Shown: in pieces, positions 18,909 through 28,428 of the stretch
Layout of the letters: each line of letters starts with the position of its first letter
Numbering within the stretch: position 1 is the stretch's first letter
Assembly: GCA_902634765.1 (NCBI GenBank)
Contig: CACPLH010000005.1
Location: forward strand, 10,015 to 74,014
Direction: 5' to 3'
Source: an uncultured Pelagibacteraceae bacterium
GTDB lineage: Bacteria > Pseudomonadota > Alphaproteobacteria > Pelagibacterales > AG-422-B15
DNA: 64,000 nt
Notes under the pieces: generated by a model
Seen by the model: only the letters and a program-made list of their open reading frames with translations
Database searches by the model: none
What the model was told of the DNA's origin: nothing
Translations under genes and position numbers: made by a program

Positions 18909-19748
18909 TTAAGCCCTTTTATCACTTAAAACTGTGATCCGATTCATAATCCGCTGATGAGGCATATAATCACCTATGGCATAGTGCATCGTACAACGAT
19001 TATCCCAAATTACTAATGTGTCAGATGTCCACTGAAACCTTATTTGAAATTCAGGCTTATTCATAAAATTAAATAAATAGGAAAGTAAATTATTAGAGTC
19101 AGTTGTCGTCATTCCAACAATCTGAGATGTAAAGCTGGGATTGATATAAAGAAATTTCTTTTTTGAAACAGGATGAATTTTTACAACAGAATGAACGGCA
19201 TTTCCAAATTCTTCAAAACCTTTGTTTAACTTATTTGCAGATTCAATATCATCCTCTTGCATATAGTTGTTTCGAAAGCTTCCCATATCATGAATAGCCC
19301 TCAATGTTTCAAGATTTTTTTTCATCTCATCTGGGAGTGCATCATATATTTTTGACAATGAACTCCATAATGTATCACCACCAACTGGTGGGATTACTTT
19401 GCTACATAAAACAGTAGCAAAGGGTGGATCATTTTTAAAAGTTAAATCTGTATGCCATTCGTCTGTATCAGGTGGATTGTCTTTATTATTTTCAAGTAAT
19501 ACAATTTCAGGAAATCCTTCTACATGCGGATAAATAGGATGTGGATCTTCAATTGTTCCAAGGCTTTTTGCAATCTCAATATGTTTCTCAGGAGAAATTT
19601 TTTGATTACGAAAAAAAATAACATTGTACTTTATCAAATCATCATAGATTTGATTGAGTTGCTCATTAGATAAATCATTTGAAAGATCTATTCCTGTAAT
19701 TTCGGCTCCGAGTGAAGGCGTTAACTGTTGAGCAGAATAATCATTCAT
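18909..19748 (-). CDS. tauD: TauD/TfdA-family Fe(II)/2-oxoglutarate dioxygenase
   Basis: WHTDLTF (HxD), GGDTLW and WDNRCTMHYA motifs; start set at ATG 19748 (TAATG coupling with the upstream stop). Confidence 0.8.
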   Translation of the reverse strand: MNDYSAQQLTPSLGAEITGIDLSNDLSNEQLNQIYDDLIKYNVIFFRNQKISPEKHIEIAKSLGTIEDPHPIYPHVEGFPEIVLLENNKDNPPDTDEWHTDLTFKNDPPFATVLCSKVIPPVGGDTLWSSLSKIYDALPDEMKKNLETLRAIHDMGSFRNNYMQEDDIESANKLNKGFEEFGNAVHSVVKIHPVSKKKFLYINPSFTSQIVGMTTTDSNNLLSYLFNFMNKPEFQIRFQWTSDTLVIWDNRCTMHYAIGDYMPHQRIMNRITVLSDKRA

Positions 19749-21673
19749 TATTTTATCCATATAGGAGACGACCAAGCCATCTCCGCCATTGTTGAGCTAT
19801 ACGCTTTTGATATTTGTTGTCCTGTCCTCAGACTATCATAAGTGGTCCATCGACATGTTGGGTTTTGAATGACTCGAGCATAATAGAATGCATTTTGATC
19901 AGGACTATAGTCTTCATCAGTCCATAAGACTTGTAGCTCATCTGCTCCTCGATCTTGATCAATAGTACACGTTTTTAAATTAACTTTTATGTTTAATGAT
20001 TTACATCGCTTAGAATTATCATTTATTTCCCTGTTTTCACTACAGATAACATCCATAACTTCTTCCTTCACCTTTCCATTCTCCATCCAGCCTTTAATTA
20101 TCTGTATCTTATCTAGAGGAGCATCAATTGGATCTTTCTTGGCGCTGATAAAAAATGATGGTGCTTTATCTTGACTATGTTCAATTGTGCTTCCCATCGG
20201 TCTTCCATTTTCATAGGCATCGTTGATTTGCTCAGTCGATGATAGTAAGCTTTCACTATAATTAAAGCCTCCAAAAAACCTTAATTCAATTCGAGTGCCG
20301 CTTGTTGCATACACCTCTTTATTTTCCATTGCCTCAAAAAGATCATTACGGGTATTTTCTCTAGCCCAAATTGCGGCAAGTCCACCGGGATTATTTATAT
20401 ATTGTGGAATATGTGTATTTTCATTGATTCTGACCATTGCAGGAGCCACAACATTACTTACCCCCCTGTAATCCCACTCTTCTGTATCTCCAGGATTTGA
20501 ATTATGAGTATCGGAGCTACCAATCATCCCCAAATCCAATGGATTAAAACCTAACTCCTGTTCTAATTCCATGCCTCGCTTTAAAGCATCTCTTACCATT
20601 GAAGTTGGCTGAATACATAATGTATCGCCCTCTTTTTCACATTTTGGATAAATTTGCTCTACGTTGCATTCTTCATCCGTGCTTCCAAAAAAAGTACTAC
20701 ACTCAGAGTTTCCTTTAATCTGAAACATTTCAACAATTGGTTCATTCTTATCTCTTATAGCCCAATCATCTTCAGTATAATTATCTCCATCAATAGTTTG
20801 GTTTGCAAAAGCGACACCCCATGATCTATTACTATTGTGAGGTATTGTAATAAACTCACATGGATAGTTACAACTCGATAGTAATTTCTTCCACAAATCT
20901 ATAGCAGTATGTGCATCAAAAAGTGAAAATGCTTTTTCAGGTACTGTATTATTTTTAAAAATAACATTTCGATGATTATATCCACCATCAGGTAAGGTAG
21001 GTGAATATTCATAAGCAATAAATGTTGTAAACTTACCAGGATCATTATGTCTTTCAGCTGCATTGATAATTTTATTCCATGTAGATTTAATAAATCGTTC
21101 TTCTTTCTCTTTATCACCAATTGCCTCTGACATAATACTTACAGGCGGTCGAGCAACTGATGTTTCGCGAAGTTCCATAAAATATTTAAAGCTCGGTGAT
21201 TCCAGTCTGTCACAGGTATATTGTTGTTCATCAGAAATTTCTGGATCGGCACAAGCTTCATGTAAACCAAAAGTTTCAGCATGATCTGTAATGGCAGCAA
21301 AATCTAGAGGTCTTGAAATTTGCATTGTTTCTCCGTACATATTTAGCAATGGTTTACCTCTAGCAAACGCATATGACTCGTCTGGATCGAAACGAGTATT
21401 AAAAATATAGGCATCAAAAGAAAAACTGGAGTGAACATGTAGGTCTCCAAAATAAACATTCTTTAGTTCATTTTTTTCTTTAAATCTATTTTCTTGAAAT
21501 TCCCATTGCAGAAAGGCATCTTCATTCTGTTGTGCTGCTATCGCTTTATACTTTTCAATATCTTCTTTAGTTAATAAAGGGGCATTTAAGTATGATTGCA
21601 GATAAAAATATCCACCAAGTAAAATTGCAATAAAAGTGAGCAATCCTATAATGATCAAATTCTTTTTACTCAT
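19748..21673 (-). CDS. DUF3604 family (PHP-like metal-dependent hydrolase), N-terminally anchored
   Basis: YFGDLHVHSSFSFDA, LDFAAITDHAE, IPHNSN, GSSDTHN, FYYARVIQNPTCRW and AWSSPIW motifs. Confidence 0.87.
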   Translation of the reverse strand: MSKKNLIIIGLLTFIAILLGGYFYLQSYLNAPLLTKEDIEKYKAIAAQQNEDAFLQWEFQENRFKEKNELKNVYFGDLHVHSSFSFDAYIFNTRFDPDESYAFARGKPLLNMYGETMQISRPLDFAAITDHAETFGLHEACADPEISDEQQYTCDRLESPSFKYFMELRETSVARPPVSIMSEAIGDKEKEERFIKSTWNKIINAAERHNDPGKFTTFIAYEYSPTLPDGGYNHRNVIFKNNTVPEKAFSLFDAHTAIDLWKKLLSSCNYPCEFITIPHNSNRSWGVAFANQTIDGDNYTEDDWAIRDKNEPIVEMFQIKGNSECSTFFGSTDEECNVEQIYPKCEKEGDTLCIQPTSMVRDALKRGMELEQELGFNPLDLGMIGSSDTHNSNPGDTEEWDYRGVSNVVAPAMVRINENTHIPQYINNPGGLAAIWARENTRNDLFEAMENKEVYATSGTRIELRFFGGFNYSESLLSSTEQINDAYENGRPMGSTIEHSQDKAPSFFISAKKDPIDAPLDKIQIIKGWMENGKVKEEVMDVICSENREINDNSKRCKSLNIKVNLKTCTIDQDRGADELQVLWTDEDYSPDQNAFYYARVIQNPTCRWTTYDSLRTGQQISKAYSSTMAEMAWSSPIWIK

Positions 21674-21693
21674 TACTGGTTAGTGTAGACTAT

Positions 21694-22335
21694 TTATGGA
21701 TAGTTTAGACCATCTTTTTTGAGCATTTCAACTAGATCATCAAATCGATCTTGCCCAAAAAAGAACTTATCTTTATAGACTGACAAAGGAACGCCGTGAT
21801 GACCTGCCTCTAACTGTTCTTTTTGATTAATTTTTATCTCATTTATCAAATTTTCTTCGTTCGCAATTCGCTTCTCTTCAATTTGTGCAAAATTTAACCC
21901 TACTTTTAGAGATGATTCTGAAATTGACTCATCAGAATTCCAATTTTTAAATCCGCTCCAAATTTTATGTGAAACTTCTACTGCGAAGTCAAGTTGCTTA
22001 TCTTTATCAATTGCTTGGCAAAAATGACATAATTTAAAAATATATGGCTGGTGATCAGATATTTTACCTGTAAGCAAATTTTGATTGATTGGATCAGGGT
22101 TTGGCTTAACAAATATCATATTATTTTTTTTAGCCTGTCTAACATAATCAATTCTTCTAATTAAAAAATATGTAAAAATATTTTTACCCTTAAAAAATTC
22201 TGGCTCTCTTATAGCTAAGGGATAAACTTGTTTAAAATTGATATCGATTCCATATTTGTCTCTTAATTTTACTATTCGAGGTAAAATTAAATATGAATAA
22301 GGACTCCGAAATGAAAAATATAAATCTACTTTCAT
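21694..22335 (-). CDS. DsbA-like/kappa-class GST (HCCA isomerase family)
   Basis: LYFSFRSPYSYL, GHHGVP and FFGQDRFD motifs. Confidence 0.82.
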   Translation of the reverse strand: MKVDLYFSFRSPYSYLILPRIVKLRDKYGIDINFKQVYPLAIREPEFFKGKNIFTYFLIRRIDYVRQAKKNNMIFVKPNPDPINQNLLTGKISDHQPYIFKLCHFCQAIDKDKQLDFAVEVSHKIWSGFKNWNSDESISESSLKVGLNFAQIEEKRIANEENLINEIKINQKEQLEAGHHGVPLSVYKDKFFFGQDRFDDLVEMLKKDGLNYP

Positions 22336-23381
22336 ATTATATTCAAAATTTTCTCACAGCCCGTGCCATCTAATAAATTATCAACTTTTTCCATATCTAT
22401 CTTGGATAACATATTATATTCCTCATTAATCCATTTCAAACATTTTGCCTGGTAAGGGAATGATTTTTGTCTCCAAATACATCCATCAATCTCTGTTTCC
22501 CATTCTTTTTCTTCATTTTCAATTGCTTTTGCATTTGCAAGCAATGCGGGAACATAGCCTTTTCCAATCTCAGTCAATAGTTCTTTAATCGTAGATGGAA
22601 TATCTTCATATTTAAACCAGTCATCATCTGAAACTTCTAAGCCCGAGAGATCCTCAATAACACCAACCCACGCTACTGTTCTCATTGAAACCTCATGTAC
22701 TATTTCTCGTGGTGTTGGATCAAAATTCACTAGCTGACTAAATTGTCCAAATAGGGCGAAGTCACTTGATGATGGCCTTTTACCAATTAAATATGGAAAA
22801 GATGTAAAATGCTTTTGAAGAATTACAAGAAGTCTCCTTAAGCTTGCATCAATAATTGGCGCCGTATCTTTATTAGAACCGACAACCCATAATCTATCAA
22901 TTTGTCTTTTACTAAACATTTTATTGAAGTTATCTAGCACTTCATCAGGTATTGACCCCATAATCTGAAGGGGCAAAATTGTTCCAGCATTTTCGGCATC
23001 TTTCTTGTCATTCCACCTGTAGTGAAACATAAATTTTGTACACCATTCATCAGCAAAATCCTCTAACAGATAATTTAAAAAAGCTAGAACTGGATCTGTT
23101 GGAATTGTACTACGTTCACCTGCTTCACTTTCAATTCTTCGAATAAGTGGAGTTGAGTCAGTTTCAGCTTTTAAATCACCATTTTCATCTGGCAAAAGGA
23201 AAGTTGGAAATAAAACTGGTTTTGGTTTTTCTATTTCTATTTTTGTTTTACTGAAATAAGTATCAACATCACTCCAAATCATTGTGTAAGGTATTCTCTT
23301 ATACCTCAAAAAAGACAACATCTTACGAGTATAAGGTGATCCATTTGCACCTATTAATTTTATTGGATTTGGTAAACTCAT
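22332..23381 (-). CDS. Glutathione S-transferase-like protein (long form)
   Basis: GSPYTRK, DSTPLI, EDFADEW and YLIGKRPSSSDFALFGQ motifs. Confidence 0.8.
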   Translation of the reverse strand: MSLPNPIKLIGANGSPYTRKMLSFLRYKRIPYTMIWSDVDTYFSKTKIEIEKPKPVLFPTFLLPDENGDLKAETDSTPLIRRIESEAGERSTIPTDPVLAFLNYLLEDFADEWCTKFMFHYRWNDKKDAENAGTILPLQIMGSIPDEVLDNFNKMFSKRQIDRLWVVGSNKDTAPIIDASLRRLLVILQKHFTSFPYLIGKRPSSSDFALFGQFSQLVNFDPTPREIVHEVSMRTVAWVGVIEDLSGLEVSDDDWFKYEDIPSTIKELLTEIGKGYVPALLANAKAIENEEKEWETEIDGCIWRQKSFPYQAKCLKWINEEYNMLSKIDMEKVDNLLDGTGCEKILNII

Positions 23382-23397
23382 AAATAATTTCTCTTAT

Positions 23398-24084
23398 TTA
23401 CTTCTGAATAATTTTTGAACCTGTATTCTGCAGTTCATCAGATTTTTTCATATTTTTCATCATAGCTACGATATCAATTGGAACTGAAACACCTTTCTTG
23501 CAAGCGGGACGCTCCTCCATCGTATTCATCCATCTTTGAAGTCCATCGAGACCATCAATATTAATGCCTGACCATTTATAAATTCTTACCCAGCACCAGT
23601 TGGCAATATCAGCGATACTAAAATCGTCTGCTAGATATTCGTTATCTCTCAAACGAGTTTCCATAACTTCAAACAATCGTCTTCCTTCATTCTGATAACG
23701 ATCAATTGCAGGTTGAATTTTCTCACCAGGCCAATACCTATAAAATACATTGGCTTGTCCCATCATGGGGCCAATTCCTCCCATCTGAAACATGAGCCAC
23801 TGCATGACTTTTGACCTAGCTTTTGTCTCAGTTGGCAACAACTTTCCTGCTTTTTCAGCTAAATAAATCAACTGAGCACCACTCTCCATAATAGATAAAT
23901 TATCATTATCTGTATCGACTATTACGGGTATTCTACCATTAGGATTTAACTCTAAAAATTCTGGTTTCTTTTGATCACCAGATTGTAAGTTCACGACATG
24001 AACATTATAAGGAATGTCTAATTCCTCAAGAGCAACAGATATTTTGTAACCATTTGGTGTAGGTGAAGTATACAACTCAATCAT
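23398..24084 (-). CDS. Glutathione S-transferase (YfcG/Nu-class-like)
   Basis: [12 protein letters not shown] start at 24084; [13 protein letters not shown] and [11 protein letters not shown] motifs. Confidence 0.9.
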   Translation of the reverse strand: MIELYTSPTPNGYKISVALEELDIPYNVHVVNLQSGDQKKPEFLELNPNGRIPVIVDTDNDNLSIMESGAQLIYLAEKAGKLLPTETKARSKVMQWLMFQMGGIGPMMGQANVFYRYWPGEKIQPAIDRYQNEGRRLFEVMETRLRDNEYLADDFSIADIANWCWVRIYKWSGINIDGLDGLQRWMNTMEERPACKKGVSVPIDIVAMMKNMKKSDELQNTGSKIIQK

Positions 24085-24517
24085 CAAATATGCCTTCAAC
24101 TGATTCAATATTTAACTGTCCTGCAAGTCCTGCTTCTCTGTGTTGATAGCCTTCTAATAATTCAGGGTCTGACGGCATCATATTTTCACCCATGACTTTT
24201 TTCGATGGCCACTTAGCAATTGCAACAGCGTCCCATAATTCATCAACTTTACCAACTGTAATTCTTGTTACTTTGGATTTAAATATTATTTCTCCACCGA
24301 TTTCTATGAGATGTTTTTCCATAATTTCACCATATAGTGCGTAAGCTTCACGTCCACTGAGTGATGTTTCTCTCCCATCTTTATATTCAGCTTTTTCTTT
24401 AAACTTTAAAAGGTTGATCATAAAAATAGGCTGATTGTCACTATCCTCTTCAAAAAAACCTTTAATCTGTTCTCGGTTTGGATAAATCCTGTTTTCAAAT
24501 TCCATTTTTCCTCCCAA
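24077..24517 (-). CDS. DUF1330 family protein
   Basis: [22 protein letters not shown] and HREAGL motifs. Confidence 0.8.
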   Translation of the reverse strand: MGGKMEFENRIYPNREQIKGFFEEDSDNQPIFMINLLKFKEKAEYKDGRETSLSGREAYALYGEIMEKHLIEIGGEIIFKSKVTRITVGKVDELWDAVAIAKWPSKKVMGENMMPSDPELLEGYQHREAGLAGQLNIESVEGIFDD

Positions 24518-24525
24518 TTAACTTT

Positions 24526-25449
24526 TTAAAATACATGAGAACTCATCTTTTTGCATACCTCATTAAATTGAGTAATCGTCTCATTAATAATTTTATCAAC
24601 ATTTTTAATTTCATCAATTAAACCAATTGATTGTCCAGCAAGCGCAGGCGCAGCATTCATATCTCCATCAAAATATAAGTTTTTAATTCCCATCATAGAT
24701 GACATATCCATGTGTCCTTCATCGTAAATTTTTTTGGTAAAATCAGTTTTTAATGCTCTAACACATGGTTTTGATTTTTTATTTAATATATATGTTCCTT
24801 GCTCATCTGAATTCAGGATTGTTTGTTTGAAATTTTCATGTACTGGACTTTCCTTTGAGGAAACAAATCTTGTTCCCATTTGAATACCTTCAGCTCCAGC
24901 TGCAAAAGCTGCAGCCATCCCAACTCCATCAACAATTCCACCTGCGGCTATCATCGGTAAATCTGTATGTTTGCGAATTGATTGCAATAACACAAATAAA
25001 CCAACTTCTTCTGGATTTTTGAATCCACCGCCTTCAGTTCCCTCAACCACCAACCCATCAACTCCTGCTCTTACAGCTTTGAGAGCGCCAGCAAGATTGG
25101 GAACAGCGTGAAATACTTTTATCCCAGCATCTTTGAGAACATGAATATACTTTGCTGGATCACCAGCTGAAGTTGTCACAAATTTTATATTCTCATCTAT
25201 AACTAGATTAATCATACTTTCATCTTGAAGAAATAAGATTGGAAGATTAACACCAAAAGGTTTATCAGTTAGGTCGCTCATTGCTCTGATTTCATTCTTA
25301 CAGTTTTCTGTCTCACCTGATGATGTCTCAATGATTCCAAATCCCCCAGCATTTGAAACAGCTGAAGCTAATTGACTTCTAGCAATCCAGCCCATTGGTG
25401 CTTGTATGATTGGATATTTTGAACCTAATATCTTAGTAATTCTGTTCAT
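24526..25449 (-). CDS. Nitronate monooxygenase/FabK-like flavin oxidoreductase
   Basis: PIIQAPMGW, EGTEGGG, IAAGGIVDG and QMGTRF motifs. Confidence 0.87.
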   Translation of the reverse strand: MNRITKILGSKYPIIQAPMGWIARSQLASAVSNAGGFGIIETSSGETENCKNEIRAMSDLTDKPFGVNLPILFLQDESMINLVIDENIKFVTTSAGDPAKYIHVLKDAGIKVFHAVPNLAGALKAVRAGVDGLVVEGTEGGGFKNPEEVGLFVLLQSIRKHTDLPMIAAGGIVDGVGMAAAFAAGAEGIQMGTRFVSSKESPVHENFKQTILNSDEQGTYILNKKSKPCVRALKTDFTKKIYDEGHMDMSSMMGIKNLYFDGDMNAAPALAGQSIGLIDEIKNVDKIINETITQFNEVCKKMSSHVF

Positions 25450-25464
25450 TGTTCAATGCTAATG

Positions 25465-25487
25465 TATTGACACTATTAATGTCAATA
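25465..25487. promoter_or_regulatory. Inverted repeat; likely TetR operator overlapping divergent -35 elements
   Basis: TATTGACA-N7-TGTCAATA in the 65-bp gap between the divergent oxidoreductase and TetR genes. Confidence 0.7.
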
Positions 25488-25514
25488 TATATCCTTAACT
25501 AAATTTTAGATATT

Positions 25515-26129
25515 ATGACCATTAAATCAGAGCAAAAATCACTGTCGACAAAAAAAGATGGCCGTCATCTAAGAAGTGTAAAAACACAAGAGTCGATTGT
25601 TAATTCAACGATTGAATTATTAATGGAGTCTACTTCGACTCAATGGCCTACTGCAGAACAAGTGGCAAAGCATTCAAATATTGGTTTGAGAACTGTTTTT
25701 AGACAATTTGATGATATGGATGGCCTTATAAGCTCTTGCCATGAAAAAATTATGGCTGAATTTGAAAATTTTTTATCTATCAAGCCGTCAAAAGAGAAGG
25801 CTCTAGGAAATCGTATTACATTTTTAATTAAGGAAAGAATAGAGATATACTCAAAATATAAGAATGTATTTGCATCCTCAATTATGAATATGCAAAGGTT
25901 CAAAAGTGTTCGTGAAGGATTCATTGAAGGAAATTTAAGACTCAAAAAAAGATTTGAAGATATTATACCAGAAGCTCTTAAGCTGTCTTTACTAGATCAA
26001 GCCTATTTAGATACATCTATTTCATTTGCATCTTGGTACAGACTCTCAATTTTTTATAAATTTTCAGATCAAATGATAATTGATAAATTTTCATCTGAAA
26101 CAAACAAACTCTTAAACCTAGAAGGATAA
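25515..26129 (+). CDS. TetR/AcrR family regulator
   Basis: DGRHLRS and helix-turn-helix PTAEQVAKHSNIGLRTVFRQF. Confidence 0.85.
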   Translation: MTIKSEQKSLSTKKDGRHLRSVKTQESIVNSTIELLMESTSTQWPTAEQVAKHSNIGLRTVFRQFDDMDGLISSCHEKIMAEFENFLSIKPSKEKALGNRITFLIKERIEIYSKYKNVFASSIMNMQRFKSVREGFIEGNLRLKKRFEDIIPEALKLSLLDQAYLDTSISFASWYRLSIFYKFSDQMIIDKFSSETNKLLNLEG

Positions 26130-26133
26130 ATAA

Positions 26134-26985
26134 ATGTATAAATCATTAGTTTCTAAGACAATAATAATTCTTTTGAGTTTTTTGATTATTCTCGCATTAT
26201 CGCTTCCAATATTATTGAAGTCTCTTGGACTTCATCCTGATTATGATAGCAAAACATTTGAACTTAATGGAAGGAAAGCATTAATAATTACTTCAAGCCA
26301 CAATGTATTAAATTTTCCCGGAGAAGTTAGAGGAAAACCAACTGGAGTAGCGAGTTCAGAAATTACTGTCCCTTATTATGAGTTCATGAATAGTGGCATG
26401 AATGTAGACCTTGCAAGTATTAAAGGTGGTGAAATACCAATTGATCCTGAAACATTAATTTATTTGATAAGAACACAATCAGATAAAAAATTTCAAAATG
26501 ATATCGAAGCAATGAAAAAACTTAAAAACTCAATGCTCATTGATAATGTAGATTTCACTAAATACGATTTGATCTATATAGCGGGTGGCTGGGGAGCTGC
26601 TTACGATTTAGGCTATTCTGAAATTCTGGGTTCAAAAATATCTGAAGCTTACTACGCAAATAAGATTATTGGTGCGGTATGTCATGGTCCACTTGGACTG
26701 ATAAATGCTAAAGACAAGAATGGAAACTTACTTATTTCTGGAAGAAAGATGACAGGAGCAACTGATAAACAAATTAAAGAACTTGGAATTGAAATGACTC
26801 CTCAGCATCCAGAAACTGAGTTGAGGAAAGCAGGGGTTATATTTGAGAGTAAGTCAAAATTCAATGATCTTTTTGCAAATCATGTTGCTATTGATGATGA
26901 AAGACGTTTTGTAACTGGTCAAAATCAGAACGCAGGACATGAAACTGCTCAAATGATGATGTCAATATTAGTCGAGGAGATCTAA
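26134..26985 (+). CDS. DJ-1/PfpI (type 1 GATase-like) protein, N-terminally anchored
   Basis: AGGWGAAYDL, nucleophile elbow AVCHGP, VTGQNQ. Confidence 0.85.
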   Translation: MYKSLVSKTIIILLSFLIILALSLPILLKSLGLHPDYDSKTFELNGRKALIITSSHNVLNFPGEVRGKPTGVASSEITVPYYEFMNSGMNVDLASIKGGEIPIDPETLIYLIRTQSDKKFQNDIEAMKKLKNSMLIDNVDFTKYDLIYIAGGWGAAYDLGYSEILGSKISEAYYANKIIGAVCHGPLGLINAKDKNGNLLISGRKMTGATDKQIKELGIEMTPQHPETELRKAGVIFESKSKFNDLFANHVAIDDERRFVTGQNQNAGHETAQMMMSILVEEI

Positions 26986-27363
26986 ATGAATAAATTTTTA
27001 GTAGTTTTAATTACAATCTTTGGTTTTCAATTTTTAATCATAGGTCTTATGTGGATTGCATCACCTTATAATGCTGCTGCAACATTTGGAATTTTTTCAC
27101 TTTCCGAAGGCATTGGTTTGAGTTCTCAATTAGGCGATACGGGATCATACTTCCTAAGTTTAGGCATTATGATAATTGCTGCAGTATATACTCAGAAATC
27201 AATATGGTTCTATGCGCCATCAATCATGTTATCTATAACTGCAATTTATAGGATACTATCTTGGCTACTTCATGATGCTGCATTTGCAACTCAATTCATA
27301 GCCGCTGAAATATTTATTGTTCTTTTGCTTCTATATACTTCAAAGAGGATTTCTGAAAAATAA
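26986..27363 (+). CDS. Small 4-TM membrane protein
   Basis: Four hydrophobic segments; abuts both neighbours in the operon. Confidence 0.7.
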   Translation: MNKFLVVLITIFGFQFLIIGLMWIASPYNAAATFGIFSLSEGIGLSSQLGDTGSYFLSLGIMIIAAVYTQKSIWFYAPSIMLSITAIYRILSWLLHDAAFATQFIAAEIFIVLLLLYTSKRISEK

Positions 27364-28428
27364 ATGAGGGTATTAAAATATATTATTTTTGCTCTATTAT
27401 TTTCAATTGTTGCTGGATTCTTTGCATTAAGGACAGAAATTGTTCAAATGTATCTTGTAGAAATGCAGGTTGAGAGAATACTTAATCGACCAAGTCCTCT
27501 TCCAGAAAAAGATTCTTTATCTGGACTACTTTGTGGATCGAGAGGACCATTACCCTCAGTTGGCACTGCTGAAACATGCATTTTAATCAAAGCTGGTGAA
27601 AGAATGTTTATCGTGGATGCGGGAGATGGAAGCATAACAAACTTAAGAGATTGGGGAATTGATTTAGGTAAGATTGAGGCATTTTTATTAACGCACACTC
27701 ACTCAGACCATTTTTCTGATTTAGCTGATTTACACTTGAATGCATGGGTAACTCAAAATCGAACAGATAAACTAGATGTTTATGGACCAGAAGGAACGCA
27801 GAAGGTTACAGATGGATTTGAAGCAACTTACGCCCTTGATTACAAATGGAGATATGAACATCATGGTAATGATGTTGCCCCAATAGAATTTGCTGGTTTT
27901 GACACTCATATAATTGATATAGAGAGTTCAATTGTCATTGAGGATGATGATTTAAAGGTCACAGCTTTTTTAGTTGATCATGACCCTGTTAAACCATCTA
28001 TAGGATACAGATTTGATTACAAAGGTCGGTCCATCACTATAAGTGGCGATACATCTTATAGTGAAAATGTAATTAAACATGCAGATAAAACTGATCTGCT
28101 GTTTCATGAAGCGCTCTCTTACAGACTTAATGAAGCTGCAGCTACCGCCGCGTATAAAGTCGATGAAACAGGCAACTTATCAACCGTTCTCATTGATGTG
28201 CTTGATTACCACACATCTCCAACGCAGGCTGCTAAGGTTGCTCAATTAGCAAAAGTAAAACATCTTATTTTTTATCATCTCATTCCATATCCGGAAGGAT
28301 TAGTTGCTAAAATGTTATTCTTTGATGGTGTAAATGATATTTATAAAAATTGGACAATTGGTCGAGATGGAGTAATGGGTATTCTTCCCTTAAATTCTGA
28401 CAAAGTTAAAATAACATACATAGATTAA
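27364..28428 (+). CDS. MBL-fold metallohydrolase (RNase Z/AtsA-like), N-terminally anchored
   Basis: THTHSDH, VDHDPV, SGDT, HEA and DYHT motifs. Confidence 0.85.
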   Translation: MRVLKYIIFALLFSIVAGFFALRTEIVQMYLVEMQVERILNRPSPLPEKDSLSGLLCGSRGPLPSVGTAETCILIKAGERMFIVDAGDGSITNLRDWGIDLGKIEAFLLTHTHSDHFSDLADLHLNAWVTQNRTDKLDVYGPEGTQKVTDGFEATYALDYKWRYEHHGNDVAPIEFAGFDTHIIDIESSIVIEDDDLKVTAFLVDHDPVKPSIGYRFDYKGRSITISGDTSYSENVIKHADKTDLLFHEALSYRLNEAAATAAYKVDETGNLSTVLIDVLDYHTSPTQAAKVAQLAKVKHLIFYHLIPYPEGLVAKMLFFDGVNDIYKNWTIGRDGVMGILPLNSDKVKITYID

